Source: Candidatus Nanopelagicales bacterium
GTDB lineage: Bacteria > Actinomycetota > Actinomycetes > S36-B12
Direction of reading: 5' to 3'
DNA length: 64,000 nucleotides
Assembly: GCA_017857175.1 (NCBI GenBank)
Contig: JAFMDS010000005.1
Span: 1,865 to 65,864, forward strand
Shown: piece by piece, positions 63,857-64,000 of the stretch
How positions within the stretch are numbered: position 1 is the stretch's first letter
Layout of the letters: each line of letters opens with the position of its first letter
Made by a program: the position numbers and the translations under genes
Notes under the pieces: generated by a model
Told to the model about the DNA's origin: nothing
Seen by the model: the letters and a program-made list of their open reading frames with translations, nothing else
Database searches by the model: none

Positions 63857-64000
63857 GAATTTCTCCACGACTTCTCAGTCGCTTTGCTGCAGGCCAAGCA
63901 TCCACCTCAGCAGTCGCTCCCGCAACCTAAACACGCCGAGTGGGCTAAATGTTCTATTTGCCTGATTTAAGGTGAATTGTGCTTTTTTTATATCATTTGC

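Overview
This 64-kb chromosomal window comes from a tightly packed, moderately GC-rich actinobacterium. Gene order and protein motifs suggest a small-genome Microbacteriaceae or 'Luna'-type aquatic lineage, but that is inference only. Many neighbouring genes overlap by 1-14 nt, and several convergent genes have no spacer between them.

Layout:
(1) 1-13.4 kb holds cell-shape and housekeeping genes: a partial radical-SAM gene, rodA-mrdA-mreD-mreC-mreB, a membrane alpha/beta hydrolase, ndk, DUF4233, folC and valS.
(2) 13.4-37.6 kb holds a complete Gram-positive-style type IV pilus (T4P) locus in three transcription units.
- The first is a long minus-strand operon: pilT-like, pilB, pilT, pilC, pilA, then pilD interleaved with eight poorly characterised or unrecognisable genes. 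These include a sigma-70-like protein, a PATAN/DUF4388-like protein and a TadZ/CpaE-like ParA ATPase.
- The second is pilMNO on the plus strand.
- The third is a minor-pilin operon with unusually large pilin-like proteins.
- A divergently transcribed polytopic protein with degenerate GGDEF and EAL domains sits next to the minor-pilin operon.
(3) 37.6-62.8 kb returns to conserved actinobacterial backbone: clpX, clpP2, clpP1, tig, tRNA-Pro, tRNA-Gly, a Mo-oxidoreductase/cytochrome b pair, VKOR, nei, threonine aldolase, a DCC protein, an Rv2466c-like DsbA protein, pepN, prolyl oligopeptidase, mscS, glbO, a GH13 glucosidase, ettA and an ssb paralogue.
(4) 62.99-63.86 kb encodes a DTE-motif proton-pumping rhodopsin.

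I saw no rRNA, CRISPR, transposase, integrase or phage genes. The best candidate for something undescribed is the block of uncharacterised genes translationally coupled to pilA/pilD. Short direct-repeat pairs in the intergenic gaps of the locus are a related observation. Start codons were re-picked by eye from RBS context where the ORF track looked over-extended.
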